DNA of 64,000 nucleotides, from contig NC_043004.1 in NCBI RefSeq assembly GCF_006345805.1, positions 12,152,001 through 12,216,000 on the forward strand. The letters run 5' to 3'. The notes under the pieces are model-generated. The model saw only the letters and a list, made by a program, of their open reading frames with translations, searched no databases and had not been told where the DNA came from. Shown here piece by piece: positions 50,517 through 63,942 of this stretch (position 1 is the first letter of the stretch; every line of letters begins with the position of its first letter). Both the position numbers and the translations under genes were made by a program. Origin of the DNA: Octopus sinensis (taxonomy: Eukaryota).

Positions 50517-51509
50517 GGTTAGACAGTTTGACTGAAACTGCTAAGCTGGGAAGCTGCACCAAGTTCCTGTGTGATTTCGCACAGTTTCTATGTCTGGATG
50601 CCCTTCCTAATGCCAGGATGCCCTTAAGAATTGAATTGTACATTATAAACTTTGTGATTTGCTATGCATATGATCTCTTGGTCCATGGAAAAATCATCTG
50701 GCATGAAACCCGCCTCTGGTGCAAAATTGGTAAAGGACCTCTGCCTTATCCCACAGATGCAATATCTCCCCTCTTTAAGCCTATTCTACCATTACTGCAA
50801 CTGTTTCTGTTTGTATGGACAAACTACTTGTATACCTTCTCCACAAAACCTCTCCTGACACATGAAACTTATGTGTTTGTATGTCTGTGTGTGTGAGTCT
50901 ATTTCTCTTTCTCTCTCTCTCTTTTCACTTGCAGACCTTTCATTTTAAATATCCTTTCTAAATCCTTATCCCTTGTTTAGTCTCCCCACAATATCACTAC
51001 CTACCCCTCGGAATTCCTCTCCTGATCCCAACAGTTACTGACTTACAGATAGCCAAGCAGGACATGAACCCCAGTCCAGATTTTCAGGTACATTTTTATT
51101 GCATGGTACCTTGGATTCAGGGTCTTTTGTACTGTATCCTTGGGTTAATCAATCTCACCAGCTGCAAAGAACCTTCAAATGTGATAGCATGGCTCCTCCT
51201 TCTTCATTTAAGTCATTAAGATACAAATGAAAATTTTTCCAAACAGCAGCAGTAGAAAAACAGTAGTACAGCAGCAGATTTGCAGAAGCATAGCAGTGTT
51301 GTTGCAACAGTACATTAGAAGTAGTACAGTCAGAACTATGTCAATATAGCATTATAATCAGAACTTAATGTGAGTCAACAGTACTGAAATATTTCACTGT
51401 TCAATAAACACAAAATCCCTAAGGGTGTAATGGAAGGCCATAAAATATTACTAAGACATTTTCACAGGAAGTCTGAATACTTTGAGAACTTTCAAACCTC
51501 AAAACCTCA

Positions 51510-51524
51510 TGCACACACACACAA

Positions 51525-51617
<93 letters not shown>

Positions 51618-51790
51618 TACACACACACACAACACATGCACACATGTGCAGCGCACACAGAGAGTTAAACATACAAAACAGACACAAATACATGTGTTGT
51701 ATAGTTATATATATATATATATATATATATACATACATACATACATAGATATATATATGTATGTAAAAAAATATATATATATATAATCTT
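51510..51790. repeat. (CA)n and (TA)n microsatellites
   Basis: Direct inspection. Confidence 0.95.
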
Positions 51791-52082
51791 TACATATCAC
51801 AAATTTAAATATAAAAATATAGACACAAATACATACGTGTGTGTGTCAGTTTAATTGAAAAATTCTGTATGTGGCTGAAGATTGCTCAACATTTTAAAAC
51901 TGATGTAATACTTACAGTGTTTAATAAAATGAAGTAGCATGAAACAATTGTACCACACTACCTTGGATATCTTTGTTGCTTATTTTGATTATAATCACCC
52001 CATTTGATTTATATGGATAATACCATACAAAATTCTGGTGCCTTTAACTTAAGTACCATATTCATCTGAATCTAAATTTTGC

Positions 52083-52113
<31 letters not shown>

Positions 52114-54643
52114 GGAGAGAGAGAGAGAGAGACAGAGAGAGAGAGGCTCACACTCACATATAATCTTATACACACACACACACATTAAAACACAAGCAGA
52201 TACACAAGCATACCACATATCTTTTTCAAAATAATCTGTTGATTTTGAAACTTGGAACTCATGGTTCCAAAGTAATCTTCTTGACCATGGCCTTGTACCT
52301 AATGGATATATACCGTTGTATATATACCATTAAACACACAGAAACAGCAGGCTTCCATACAGTTTCCTTCTGCCATATTTAACACACAAGTCATTGGCCA
52401 TCTCAAGGCTATAGCAGCAGACACTTTGCTCTAGGTGCCATGCCCTGGAACTGAACTCGAACCACTTGGCTGGAAAGCCTGTTTTTAATGACACACACAC
52501 GTGTGTGTGTGTGTGTGGCTGTGTGGTTAAGAAACTTGCTTCCCAACCATGTGATCATGAGTTCAGTTCCACTTCATGACATTTTGGGTGTCTTCTATTG
52601 AAGTTCCAGCCTAATCAAAGCCTTGCAAGTGGATTTGATTCATGGAAACTGAAAGAAGCCCCCCCCTATCATTTTTATGTATATATCATCATTATCATCA
52701 TCATCAACATCATCATTATTGATTATCTCTTTTCCATACTGGCCTGGGTTGGATGGTTTAACTGGAATTGGCAAGTCAAAAGACAGCACCAAGTACATAT
52801 GTGTGTGTGTGTGTGTGTTTTTGTACGTTCACATGTGTGTTTGTTTTTGTTGTATACCCTTGTCTAGGTGTCATGTAGCAACTCCAAATGAGCTTCATTG
52901 TCGTATAAACAGCAGAGTCGTTCATTTGCAAAATAACATGTTTAGTCTTTTGTTAATATTACCTTCCTTGATAAGCAGGTGAAGGTTGGTGATGGGAAAG
53001 GCATCCCACCGTAGAAAATCTACCTCGACAAATTCCGTCTGACCCAATCAAGCACAGAAAAGTCAATGTCAAATGGCGATGAATGTATATGCGTGTAGAT
53101 GTGGGTGTATACATCTGTATAATTGTGTATAGACATTCTCCGCTCTAAACCAACCTACTTTAAATTTCTGACTCTGGAAGAAAATCAATAAATTCTTGAG
53201 AATATATTGATTATTTTAATAAGAGATTTTTTTTTTTTTTCATTTCAAATCACACTAAATCACTTATTTTATTATATTTATTTAATTTTACTTTAATTTG
53301 TTACCCAAATTAACCTTGTGCGTGATTATTGTTTGTGATGCGGTTTTTATAAGTGTTTGTGATGTCGTTTTTATTATAGTCGTATATTAGTTCATTTTCT
53401 TGGAACATAATTATCATGTTTTCTTCTGGCTTTTAATTAAATTGATAAATAGAGTTTAGTTACTGCAGACATTCTTGTGTGATGTCACATACACGCATCG
53501 ATGTAGCCAAGCGATATCAACTGATAAGAGTACAGCAGATGAGATGATGTGGGATACATGTTGAATACCATAGATGAAAGCAGGAGACATGAACTAGATA
53601 GATGACTTCTCTATATGCCATTGTTCTTCTATTTAACCCCGAGTTATTTCTGTCTGGTTAGACTTCGCAGTTTTACATATCGCAACTGCAACTGTGCTGC
53701 ATTCATCTCTGAAGACGGTAAACTGTGTGGTTTTGAGGGAGATTTGGCTGCTATTTCTATCTAGCATATTGACTGGCTTACATAGGGAATCCCTTCTTGA
53801 CTTTGTCATTTGTTGTTGTATGTAGATGTTGTGTGAATATAGATAGTTTGTGTGGTTGTTTTATATTTAGCTTGCTTCAGTCATTGGATTGCAGCCATGC
53901 TGGAGCACCACCTTGAGAGATTTTTTTTTTACTTGAACAAATCGACCCCCAGTACTTTGTTTTTAAATCCGATACATATTTTATCAGGCAGTTTTGCTGA
54001 ACCCCTGGGTTTGGGGATGTAAACAAACCAGCATCAGCTATCAACTAGTTGGATAGGAACAAACACAGGTACACACAAAAAATATATCATCATCATCATC
54101 ATCATCATCATCGTTTAACGTCCACTTTCCATGCTAGCATGGGTTGGACGGTTCAACTGGGCTCTGGGAAGCCAGAAGGCTGCACCAGGCTCCAGTCTGA
54201 TCTGGCAGTGTTTCTACAGCTGGATGCCCTTCCTAATGCCAACCACTCTGTGAGTGTAGTGGATGCTTTTTACGTGCCACCGGCACAGGTGCCAGACAAG
54301 GTTGGCAAACGGCCACGATTGGATGATGCTTTTTATGTGCCACTGACAGTTAAGTATAAAATCTGATCATAGAGTGACCAATAGTCTTGCATCTATAAAG
54401 GACTTAGCTCTATGGATGACTCATCATACTCTAATGCCAAAGGCCATATAATTCTTCAGACTTCAGAGGTAGAAATTCGGTATGGTCAGTTTGTTAGTAT
54501 GTAAACAAGGAATAAATAATGTTGGTTGGCGAGGACAGGTATATCTCCTTTAGACTAGTCCATCTAGGCCAAAAGGTAAACAGGGAACTGTACCCTTAGA
54601 TTGCTTTTAGCTGGTAAGGACCTTTGCAGATTTAATCTGAGAG

Positions 54644-54723
54644 GCTTGCAACAGGTAGCGTTTGAAATGGATGCAGGGGTTATAAATTTCATGTATCCAT
54701 TTCAAAGTCTACCTGCTGCAAGC
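54644..54723. ncRNA. Pre-miRNA-like hairpin, copy 1
   Basis: 15-bp stem, 2x2 internal loop, 15-bp stem, 16-nt terminal loop. Confidence 0.4.
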
Positions 54724-54759
54724 ACTGTTTTTAGCTCCTTTTCAGTTTTAATCTGAGGG

Positions 54760-54840
54760 GCTTGCAACAGGTAGCATTTGAAATGGATGCAGGGGGTTAT
54801 AAATTTCGTGTATCCATTTCAAACACTACCTGCTGCAAGC
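54760..54840. ncRNA. Pre-miRNA-like hairpin, copy 2
   Basis: Same 60 stem nucleotides as copy 1; CCCC (CNNC-type) about 18 nt after the predicted 3' cut on the plus strand. Confidence 0.4.
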
Positions 54841-55257
54841 ACAGGATTCCCCATTCATCAATTGGATCTGGAAAGGTTCGTATGAGCTAAAAGTAACCTA
54901 AGAGTGTTTAAAATCCTTATGGATCTTTTGAGCCTCATTGGTCATGTTTCTCCAGTTTCTGGTTGCTGGTAACACCCTGTGCCATCCATATCCTTGTTGC
55001 GATGATGATTTCTTCTCGAAAATGTACTACAAATATATGGCATCATATCTGGTTTGAATATTTTGAGTAACAGCATTAGTCTACATATAAAATATACAGC
55101 AGTATGAAACATGTGAACAAAAGATGTTAGTTATGACAGTAACAGAGGACAACATGAGATCAGAGAAATAATATGTCTAGTCAATGGATACAAAGACAAA
55201 CAGATAAACAATATTCATGAGAGATGCTTATATAAAAGTTTAGTTAGTTTTATATTT

Positions 55258-56290
55258 GTGAAGGTGCATTGCTCAGTAGTTAGAGCATTGGGCTTACAGT
55301 CGTGAGGTTGTGAGTTCAATTCCTGAACCAAGCTGTATGTTGTGTTCTTGAGCAAGATACTTTATTTTATGTTGTACCAGTTCACTCGGCTATAGAAAAG
55401 AGTAGTAATATCACTGGTGGTGTGTAAAGAGGAGGCTAGTTTGTATGGACAGTTGCTGGTCTTCCATAAACAACCTTTAAGGACTTGTGCTTCGGAGGGT
55501 AACTTTCTAGGTGTAGTCCCAAGGTCATTCATGACTGAAGGGGGTCTTTACATACACACATACATGTACAAATACATAAGCATATGTTCATATATATATA
55601 AATATATCTATAATGTGCATGGCTCAGTGGTTATAGCATCAGACTCACAATCCTGAGGTAGTGTGTTCGATTCCCGAACCGGGCTGTGTTGTGTTCTTGA
55701 GCAAGACACTTTATTTCATGTTGTTCTAGTTCACTCAGCTGTCGGAATGAGTTGTGACGTTACTGTTGCCAAGCTGTATTGGTCTTTGCTTCTCCCTTGG
55801 ACAACATCGGGGGTGTGGAGAGAGGGGATTGGTATGCAATGGCGACTGCTGGTCTTCCATAAACAACCTTGCCTGGACTTGTGCCTTGAAGGGTAACTTT
55901 CTAGGTGCAGTCACATGGTCATTTATGACCAAAGGGGGTCTTTACATACACACATACAAGTACAAATATATATGCATATCTTCACATATACATAGATATA
56001 GTAATATGGTGCATGGCTCAGTGGTTATAGATTCACAATCACGGGGTTGTGAGTTCAATTCCTTGAGCAAGGCTCTTTATTTCACATTGCTCCATTTCAC
56101 CCAGCTTTAGAAATAAATTGCGACATCACTAGTGCCACGCTGTATTAGCCTTTGCTTCTTCCTTGGACAACATCGGTGGCACGGAGAGGGAAAGCTGGTA
56201 TGCATGGGTGACTGCTAGTCTTCCATAAACAACCTTACCCAGACTTGTGTCTTGGAGGGTAACTTTCTGGGTGCAGTCCCATGGTCATTT
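55258..56290 (+). mobile_element. Tandem trimer of a tRNA-derived SINE, family D
   Basis: Copies at about 55258, 55615 and 56007 with head GGTGCATGGCTCAGTGGTTAG and core CTTGAGCAAGACACTTTATTTC; spacers between copies are also homologous. Confidence 0.85.
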
Positions 56291-56334
56291 ACTCTTTTAG
56301 TGTCATATTTAATATCAAAAAGAGATTAATTTGA

Positions 56335-56890
56335 AAGTGGTCAGCTGGCTGGATCGTTAGCTCACAAGTCAAAATGCTTAGCAGCGTTTCATCCATCTTT
56401 AAATTCTGAGTTCAAATTCCACCAAGGGTAACTCTGCCTTTCATCTTTTCGGGGCCAATAAAATAAACATTAGTTCAATCCTGGGGTCGATCTAATTGAT
56501 TTTGTGACTCCCTGAAATTGCTGGCCTTGTACTAAAATTTGAAGCCAATATCCTTTGTTATGGTCACTGGGTTGTGGTCATACTGGAGCACCATTTTGAA
56601 GGATTTAGTCAAGCAAATCAACTCCAGTATCCACTTTAAAGTCTGGTACTTATTCTATTGGTCACCTTCACTGAGCTGCTAAGTTACAGGGATGTAAACA
56701 AACCAGCCATGCACACACACATACACACACACATTGGGCTTTCACACAGTTTCTATCTAACCAAATTCATTCACGTGGTATTTGACGGCCTGAAGCTACA
56801 GTAGAAGACATTTGCCCAAGGTGCCCCTTACTAGGACTGAACCCGAAACTTCATGGTTGCAAAGTAAGCTTCTTAACTGCATAGCCATGT
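56335..56890. mobile_element. Family B SINE (56335-56550 plus) and family A SINE (56570-56890 minus)
   Basis: Family motifs, degenerate. Confidence 0.7.
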
Positions 56891-57399
56891 CTATGTAAGT
56901 GGTGGCTGAGTATTCCAATGACATTTGTGTCTTGAATTGAATTCTTAAATTCTCAGAATCAACACAACACTGTGAAGGGGTAAAGTTGTACTGTTGAATT
57001 GTTACAGGTAAAAATTCATTCAATGGGCTTCAGCACAGTTTCTGTCTCCCTAATTTATCCTTCAGGAAGCTTTGATCAGCCCAATTATAGTAAAAATGAA
57101 AAAGAAAAAAAGAAAAACAGTTACCCTAGATGCTGAGTTGAACCTGGATCTTGGGGATTGAAAATCAAAACTGTTTAACCACCTAACCACAACAGTTTTT
57201 CTATTGCCTAGATGCACAGACACATACAAGCACACTGTGTTATTTTCTCACAAGAATTTACTTACTCTATCTGTCTTTCCCTCTCCCTCTCTCTCCTTCT
57301 TTCTCTCTCTCTCGCCTCTTTTGCCCTCTTCTCTCTCTCCCTCTTTCTCTCATTCATTTACTTACCTGTTCTACCTTTCTCTCAATTGCACACATGAGA

Positions 57400-58038
57400 G
57401 AGATGGATAGTTAGATAGATAGATTGATAGATACACAAGTAGTTAGACAGACAGTCAAGAAGACAGATGGATGGATGGATAGACAGACAGAAGACAGACA
57501 GAGAGACAGACAAATGAGCAAACAGATGGACACAGAATGTTAGATTATCTGACAGATGCAGAGATAAACGTATAATAGATAGCCATATATCCAGTGAAAT
57601 ATAAACTAGCTCAATGGATGGATAGACAGACAGATACAAACGGACAAGTAAATAAGCTGAAAGACATGCAGACACAGATATAGATAGAGACAGACATCTC
57701 CACAGACAGAGAATTCAGGACCAGGAACCAGGCAGACAAACAGACGGAAAGACAGATAGGCTGACATACAAAATTACAGTGACCAGTAAATATAGATGAA
57801 ATAGATCAATATATGGGATTGATAGATAAACAGATAAATAGAAAGACAAATAGAGATAGTATAGAGGAATGCAACAGATAGACGGGTTGAAAGGTACTCA
57901 AAGAAAAATTGATCAATTGATTGATAGATAGATAGACAGAAAGATAGATAAAGGTAGATAGATAGATATATAGATAGATAGATAGATAGATAGAAAGGTA
58001 GGTAGATAGATAGATAGATAGATAAATAAATAGAAAGG

Positions 58039-58073
<35 letters not shown>

Positions 58074-58138
58074 ATAGAAAGGTAGATAGATAGATAGATA
58101 GATAGAAAGGTAGATAGATAGATAGATAGATAGAAAGG

Positions 58139-58174
<36 letters not shown>

Positions 58175-58325
58175 AAGGTAGATAGATAGATAGATAGATA
58201 AATAGAAAGGTAGATAGATAGATAGCCAACAGACAGATAGATAGAAGATAGATAAATAGATAGACAGATAGCAGACACAGACAGACTAACAGATAGATAG
58301 AAAGATAGCAGACAGACTGACTGAC

Positions 58326-58364
<39 letters not shown>

Positions 58365-58590
58365 AAGGTAGGTAGATAGATAGATAGATAACAGACTGAC
58401 AGATAGATAAATAGATTCTAGACAGACTGACAAACAGACAGATAGATAGAAAGAAAAGTAGATAAATAGATAGATAGATAGATAAATAGACAGAAAGGTA
58501 GGTAAGTATATAGGTAGGTAGGTAAGTATATAGGTAGACAAACTGTTAAACAGACTGAACCTGATGGGTAGATAGATAGATAGATTTAAG
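57400..58590. repeat. Large (GATA)n/(GACA)n array with periodic AAAGG interruptions
   Basis: Direct inspection. Confidence 0.95.
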
Positions 58591-60079
58591 CATTTAGTAA
58601 GCTAGATCAATAAATGGGATAACAAACATTTAACAAACATACAAATAGGGAGGCAGATATGCAAATAGACATGTTAATAAGTAATTAAACGTAAGGCCCC
58701 ATAGATATTCACAGAAATAGCTAGATAATTCAGATAGATAAAAAAAAAAAAAAAAAAAAGATTGACAGACAATACAACAGAGAAGGAGAGAGATGACTAG
58801 AAGTGCGAAATCATTGAAGCTGTTTTTGTCCCCCTCTAACTGTAATTATTTATGTGAGACTCAGAGCTCTGGATGGCAAAATTAAATGAACACCGGAGAA
58901 TATACTTGTCGTATTCTAGTTATCTCCCTTTATGTTCTGAATTTGGTTACCTAACACTAGGGAAGTTGACATTACCTGTCTTCCTTCTGGGTGTCTATAA
59001 TATAAAATACCAGTTATACGCTACTTGTTAATCATTTCTGCAGTTATATATGCATGCACCTTTGTATATTTGCAGTATTGTACTTCTGTTAGAAATTAAT
59101 GTTAAACATTCAATGTTTGTTAGATAAAACAGGTGGCATGATACAGTGTATCCCTCTCTATCTCTCTGTATCTCTCACTAGAGTGCCCTTTCTTTATCTT
59201 CTCTTTCTCTCTATTTCACCTGCCTTTTCCCTTCTTTATCTCACCTTATTTTAATCTTTTCCTCCTAATTCTTCTACATCTGTCTGTCTTCTCTTTCTCA
59301 CTCTCTTTTGCTTTCTCTCTCTCTCTCTCTCTCTCTCTCCCCCCCCTTTCTTTATCTATCACTGTATCTGTTTATCCATCTGCCTATCTAATCCGTCCGT
59401 CCGTCCGTCCATCCATCCATCCATCCATCCATCCATCCATCCATTCATCTATCTATCTATCTATCTATCTAAACACATATCTATCCAATCCATCTTTCTA
59501 TCTATCCATTTGTCTTTTCATCTAACCATCCATCCATCCATCTGTCCATCTGTCTGATTATCTGTTTGTCTGTCTACCTGCTTGTTGTTTTGTTTTATCT
59601 GTATTTCTCTCTGTCTGTCTGTCTCTCTCTCATATATATATATGTCATGTCCCACCCACACTAGCATGGAACACGGACGTTAAATGATGGTGATGATGAT
59701 GATACATACATATATAATCATCATCACAATCATCATCATCATCATCATGAACAAGATTAAAGATTACAATGCTATAAGAGTACAGCACTTTAGTTCGAAG
59801 AAGACAGGAGGAAAATCAATAGACAGGCTCTGATGGTGTATCATTATCATTATTATTATTATTGAGTGAGAGAGCAGTTCATGCCATCAAAGTGACACTG
59901 GGTTTATTATTATTATTATTATTGTTATTATTATTATTATTAAATTCTGTGGTGGAATCTGTTCTAGTGTAGACAGTGAAGGCAAACAGGGAAGACAGAT
60001 GAGATGGATGTCTCTTGCAGTACAGGCAATAGCCCTTCTGTCTCTCACTCCCTATCAGCTTTCATGTTGGTCATGATCA

Positions 60080-60268
60080 ACACCTCCACCATCCTCATCA
60101 TCATCATCATCATCATTATCACTATTAACATTGCCACCACCATTGCAAACACCACAACTATTCCCCACCTGTTTTTTTTTTTTGCCTCCCCACCATCACT
60201 ACTATTTACATGTGTGTTGCCATCATCATCAACACCACCACCACCACCACTACCATCTTCATTGTTGC

Positions 60269-60300
<32 letters not shown>

Positions 60301-60625
60301 CCTTCACCACCACTAACACCACCATCACCATCGTCGTCATTGTTGCCATCATCAACATCATCATCACCACCACTATCATCATCATTGTTGCCACCATCAC
60401 CACCACCACCACCACCGCCGCCGCCATCATCGTCACTACATCCACCACCACCACCATCATGGTCAGCAACAACACTAGCATCGTCATCATCACCATTATC
60501 ATTATCATCGTATCTACTAATGCAGCCATCTTCACCATCACTATCGTCACTGCCACCACCACCTTGATCAACATTCATTAGCATTCATTTATCATTAGTT
60601 TTCACCATATTTATCATGACCACCA
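60080..60625. repeat. Compound (CAT)n/(CAC)n trinucleotide array
   Basis: Direct inspection; produces three low-complexity ORFs. Confidence 0.9.
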
Positions 60626-60759
60626 CTGCTAGAAGTAGCAGCTAAATCTCTCCTTCAAATCACACTTCACCACCTTAAATAAAAGGACACACTGGACAAT
60701 ATAATCCCTATTATATGAAAACACAAATAAACATATATATATATATATATATACATATG

Positions 60760-61295
60760 TAGGCGTGGCTCTGTGGTAAAAAGCCTGCTTCCCAACCACA
60801 TGGTTCTGGTTTCAGTCCCACTACATGGTACCTTGGGCAAGTGTGTTTTACTATAGCCTCAGGCTGACCAAAGCTTTGTGAGTGGATTTAGTAGATGGAA
60901 ACTGAAAGAAGCCTGTCATATATATATATATACATGCCAACCTGCTGTGCTTGAGTCAAGTACATCAACATGAAAACAAAAATCAAATGGAAATTGTAGT
61001 TGTCATACACGTGCCAGTGGCACGTAAAAAACACCATCTGAATGAGGCTGATGCCAGCGCCGCCTTGACTGCTCGTAAAAAGCACCAACCGATCATGGAT
61101 GTTGTCAGCCTCCACTGCCCCCTGTGACACTGGCACGTAAAAAGCACTCACTACACTCATGGAGAGGGTTGGCATTACGAAGGGCATCCAGCTGTAGAAA
61201 CACTACCAGATCAGACTGGTGTCTGGTGCAGCCTCCTGGCTTCTCTGACCCTGGTGAAACCATCCAACCCATGCTAGCATGGAAACGGATGTTAA

Positions 61296-61325
<30 letters not shown>
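60760..61325 (+). mobile_element. Family A head (60760-60920) followed by a family C element (60950-61325)
   Basis: Family motifs; (GAT)n tail at 61297-61327. Confidence 0.75.
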
Positions 61326-61327
<2 letters not shown>

Positions 61328-62196
61328 ATATATATATATATATAGGATGATCATGGTTAGAACACTTAGATCACAAGAATTTGTGATGCCGAAAATTAAG
61401 TTTCTTATCTTACATTTTAAAGGGTTACAGAATTAACACAGGTTATAGGAACATAAACCTTCTTCCGTGAAAAGATAGCTTAAACTGTGCTCTAAATAGA
61501 GGTGTAGTTAAATTCTATTTTATGGACTCAACCATGTTCTAAAATAAGTGGAAAGGTAATCTACTATAAATCGGCATGAACTTTCCGGACAACCCAATGC
61601 ATGTGGTTATATATCCAGATGCAACAATATGATTGAAATCATTCATTCGTTTGAGATGTTTTTGCTTCACTGCATCATGACTTTTTTTGTTACACATGCA
61701 TTTAAGCTCACACATGTGCACACATACAAACGCACACGTATATTCAAAGAAATTTTACAAATAAATACACAGGCCATCATGCTATCACATTCATAAATAT
61801 ATATATAAAGTATGCGTGTGTGTGTGTGTGTGCATTTGTGTGTATGTGTGTGTATGTGTGTGTATATTTATATACATATATATGTATATATATATACATA
61901 CATATATATACAAACATATATGTTTGTGTGTGTGTATGTGTATATATATATGTGTGCGTATATATATGTGTGTGTGTGTATGTGTGTGTAATAATCTCTA
62001 TATGTAGCATGATTGACTGCTAAATCCACAAGTGTTTTTATTTTTTTATTCTCTCTGTTTATTTCCTCGTGTTCCTTTCTGTTGACAAAAGTAGGCTCAA
62101 AACATAAGAGTCTTTCTCACCTTCCCAAGCATCAGACTAATACATTAGCTTGTTGTTTATACACCTGTCTTTGTCTTTATTTTTCTGTAAATTTCC

Positions 62197-62229
<33 letters not shown>

Positions 62230-62963
62230 ATGTATATTATGTAAATATGTATACATATATATGTATGTGGTGTGTATGTATGTATGTATGTATGTATGTA
62301 TATATATAATATATACATATATGTGTGGTGTGTATATGTATATATATGTATATATATTTATATATATATATATATATCTGTCCAACCCATGCTAGCATGG
62401 AAAACGGACGCTAAACGATGATGATGATGATGATGATGATATACATATATATATATATATATTATATATATATATATATGTTTATGTATGTATATGTATG
62501 TACATGTATGTATATATATATATATATATATACATATGTTGTAAAGAGTCCACTCTGCAAAGTGGTTGGCATTAGGAAAGACATCCAGTCATAAAAACTA
62601 TGCTAAAACAGACAGTAGAGCTTAGTACAATCCTCTGGTTCAACAGTTCCTCTCAAACCATCAAACCCATTCCAGCATGGAAGACAGATTTTAAATGATA
62701 ATGATGATTGACTGATAGAAAGACAGACAGACAGACAGATACAAATAAGCATGCCAGTGCAAAATAAGGTGGTAAAAATAGTAATTGAATACCAAAGGTA
62801 GTGTAAAATGCAATTTTATTAACGCCGAAAAGAAACTTCGCACACTGTTACTCAAAGATTGAAATAACTTTAATAAATAGACATTTGTGCTAATACAGTG
62901 TGGTAAAAAGAATATTTTAGCTTTCTGTGCACTATAAAATTAATAATTTTTTTTTTTTACTAG

Positions 62964-63005
62964 TCTTTATTAACAGAATTGTCCAATGAATTGTTACATG
63001 AAACT
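62964..63005 (+). CDS. Candidate 42-nt in-frame microexon SLLTELSNELLHET (copy 1)
   Basis: T12-ACTAG acceptor, GTAAGT donor at 63006-63011, open phase-0 frame; an alternative CAG acceptor at 62974-62976. Confidence 0.35.
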
Positions 63006-63049
63006 GTAAGTAACAGCTTAGGAAGTTATTTTAGTTTTAATGAAATAGC

Positions 63050-63077
<28 letters not shown>

Positions 63078-63080
<3 letters not shown>

Positions 63081-63377
63081 GAGGCGCAATGGCCTAGTGG
63101 TTAGGGCAGCGGTCGCAGGATCGCGGTTTCGATTCCCAGACCGGGCGTTGTGAGTGTTTATTGAGCGAAAACACCTAAAAGCTCCACGAGGTTCTGGCAG
63201 GCGGGGGGTGATCCCTGCTGTACTCTTTCACCACTGTTTCTCCCACTCTTTCTTCTGTTGGCCTGCTCGCTTAGCCAGCGGGGTGGCGTCATTCGAAGGC
63301 TAAAACAATGCGAACGCATTGTGACCAGCGATGTGTAACAACATCTGATGGTCTGGTTGGTCACGTGATCACATGAG

Positions 63378-63378
<1 letters not shown>
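63078..63378 (+). mobile_element. Family E SINE
   Basis: Homologous to 37253-37564; flanked by (TA)n. Confidence 0.85.
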
Positions 63379-63410
<32 letters not shown>

Positions 63411-63900
63411 ATATATGTTTATGTATGTATATGTATGTACATGTATGTATATATATATATATATATATACATATGTTGTAAAGAGTCCACTCTGCAAAGT
63501 GGTTGGCATTAGGAAAGACATCCAGTCATAAAAACTATGCTAAAACAGACAGTAGAGCTTAGTACAATCCTCTGGTTCAACAGTTCCTCTCAAACCATCA
63601 AACCCATTCCAGCATGGAAGACAGATTTTAAATGATAATGATGATTGACTGATAGAAAGACAGACAGACAGACAGATACAAATAAGCATGCCAGTGCAAA
63701 ATAAGGTGGTAAAAATAGTAATTGAATACCAAAGGTAGTGTAAAATGCAATTTTATTAACGCCGAAAAGAAACTTCGCACACTGTTACTCAAAGATTGAA
63801 ATAACTTTAATAAATAGACATTTGTGCTAATACAGTGTGGTAAAAAGAATATTTTAGCTTTCTGTGCACTATAAAATTAATAATTTTTTTTTTTTACTAG

Positions 63901-63942
63901 TCTTTATTAACAGAATTGTCCAATGAATTGTTACATGAAACT
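63901..63942 (+). CDS. Candidate 42-nt microexon (copy 2)
   Basis: Identical to 62964-63005, with the same splice signals. Confidence 0.33.

Larger units (their letters stand above)
54593..54904. other. Nested fold-back: ~39-bp outer inverted arms enclosing two tandem hairpins
   Basis: 54593-54631 pairs imperfectly with 54866-54904; left arm plus hairpin duplicated in tandem (units at about 54605 and 54729). Confidence 0.8.

Noticed and set aside
51047-51161. Minus-strand segment with good acceptor and GTAAGT donor
   Set aside because: Stops in all three frames; no other support.
57774-58541. 255-aa (LSIY)n ORF
   Set aside because: Translation of the (GATA)n array.
60004-60584. Gly/Asp-, Pro/Ser- and His-rich ORFs on both strands
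   Set aside because: Compound (CAT/CAC)n microsatellite; open in several frames, with no unique sequence or convincing splice sites.
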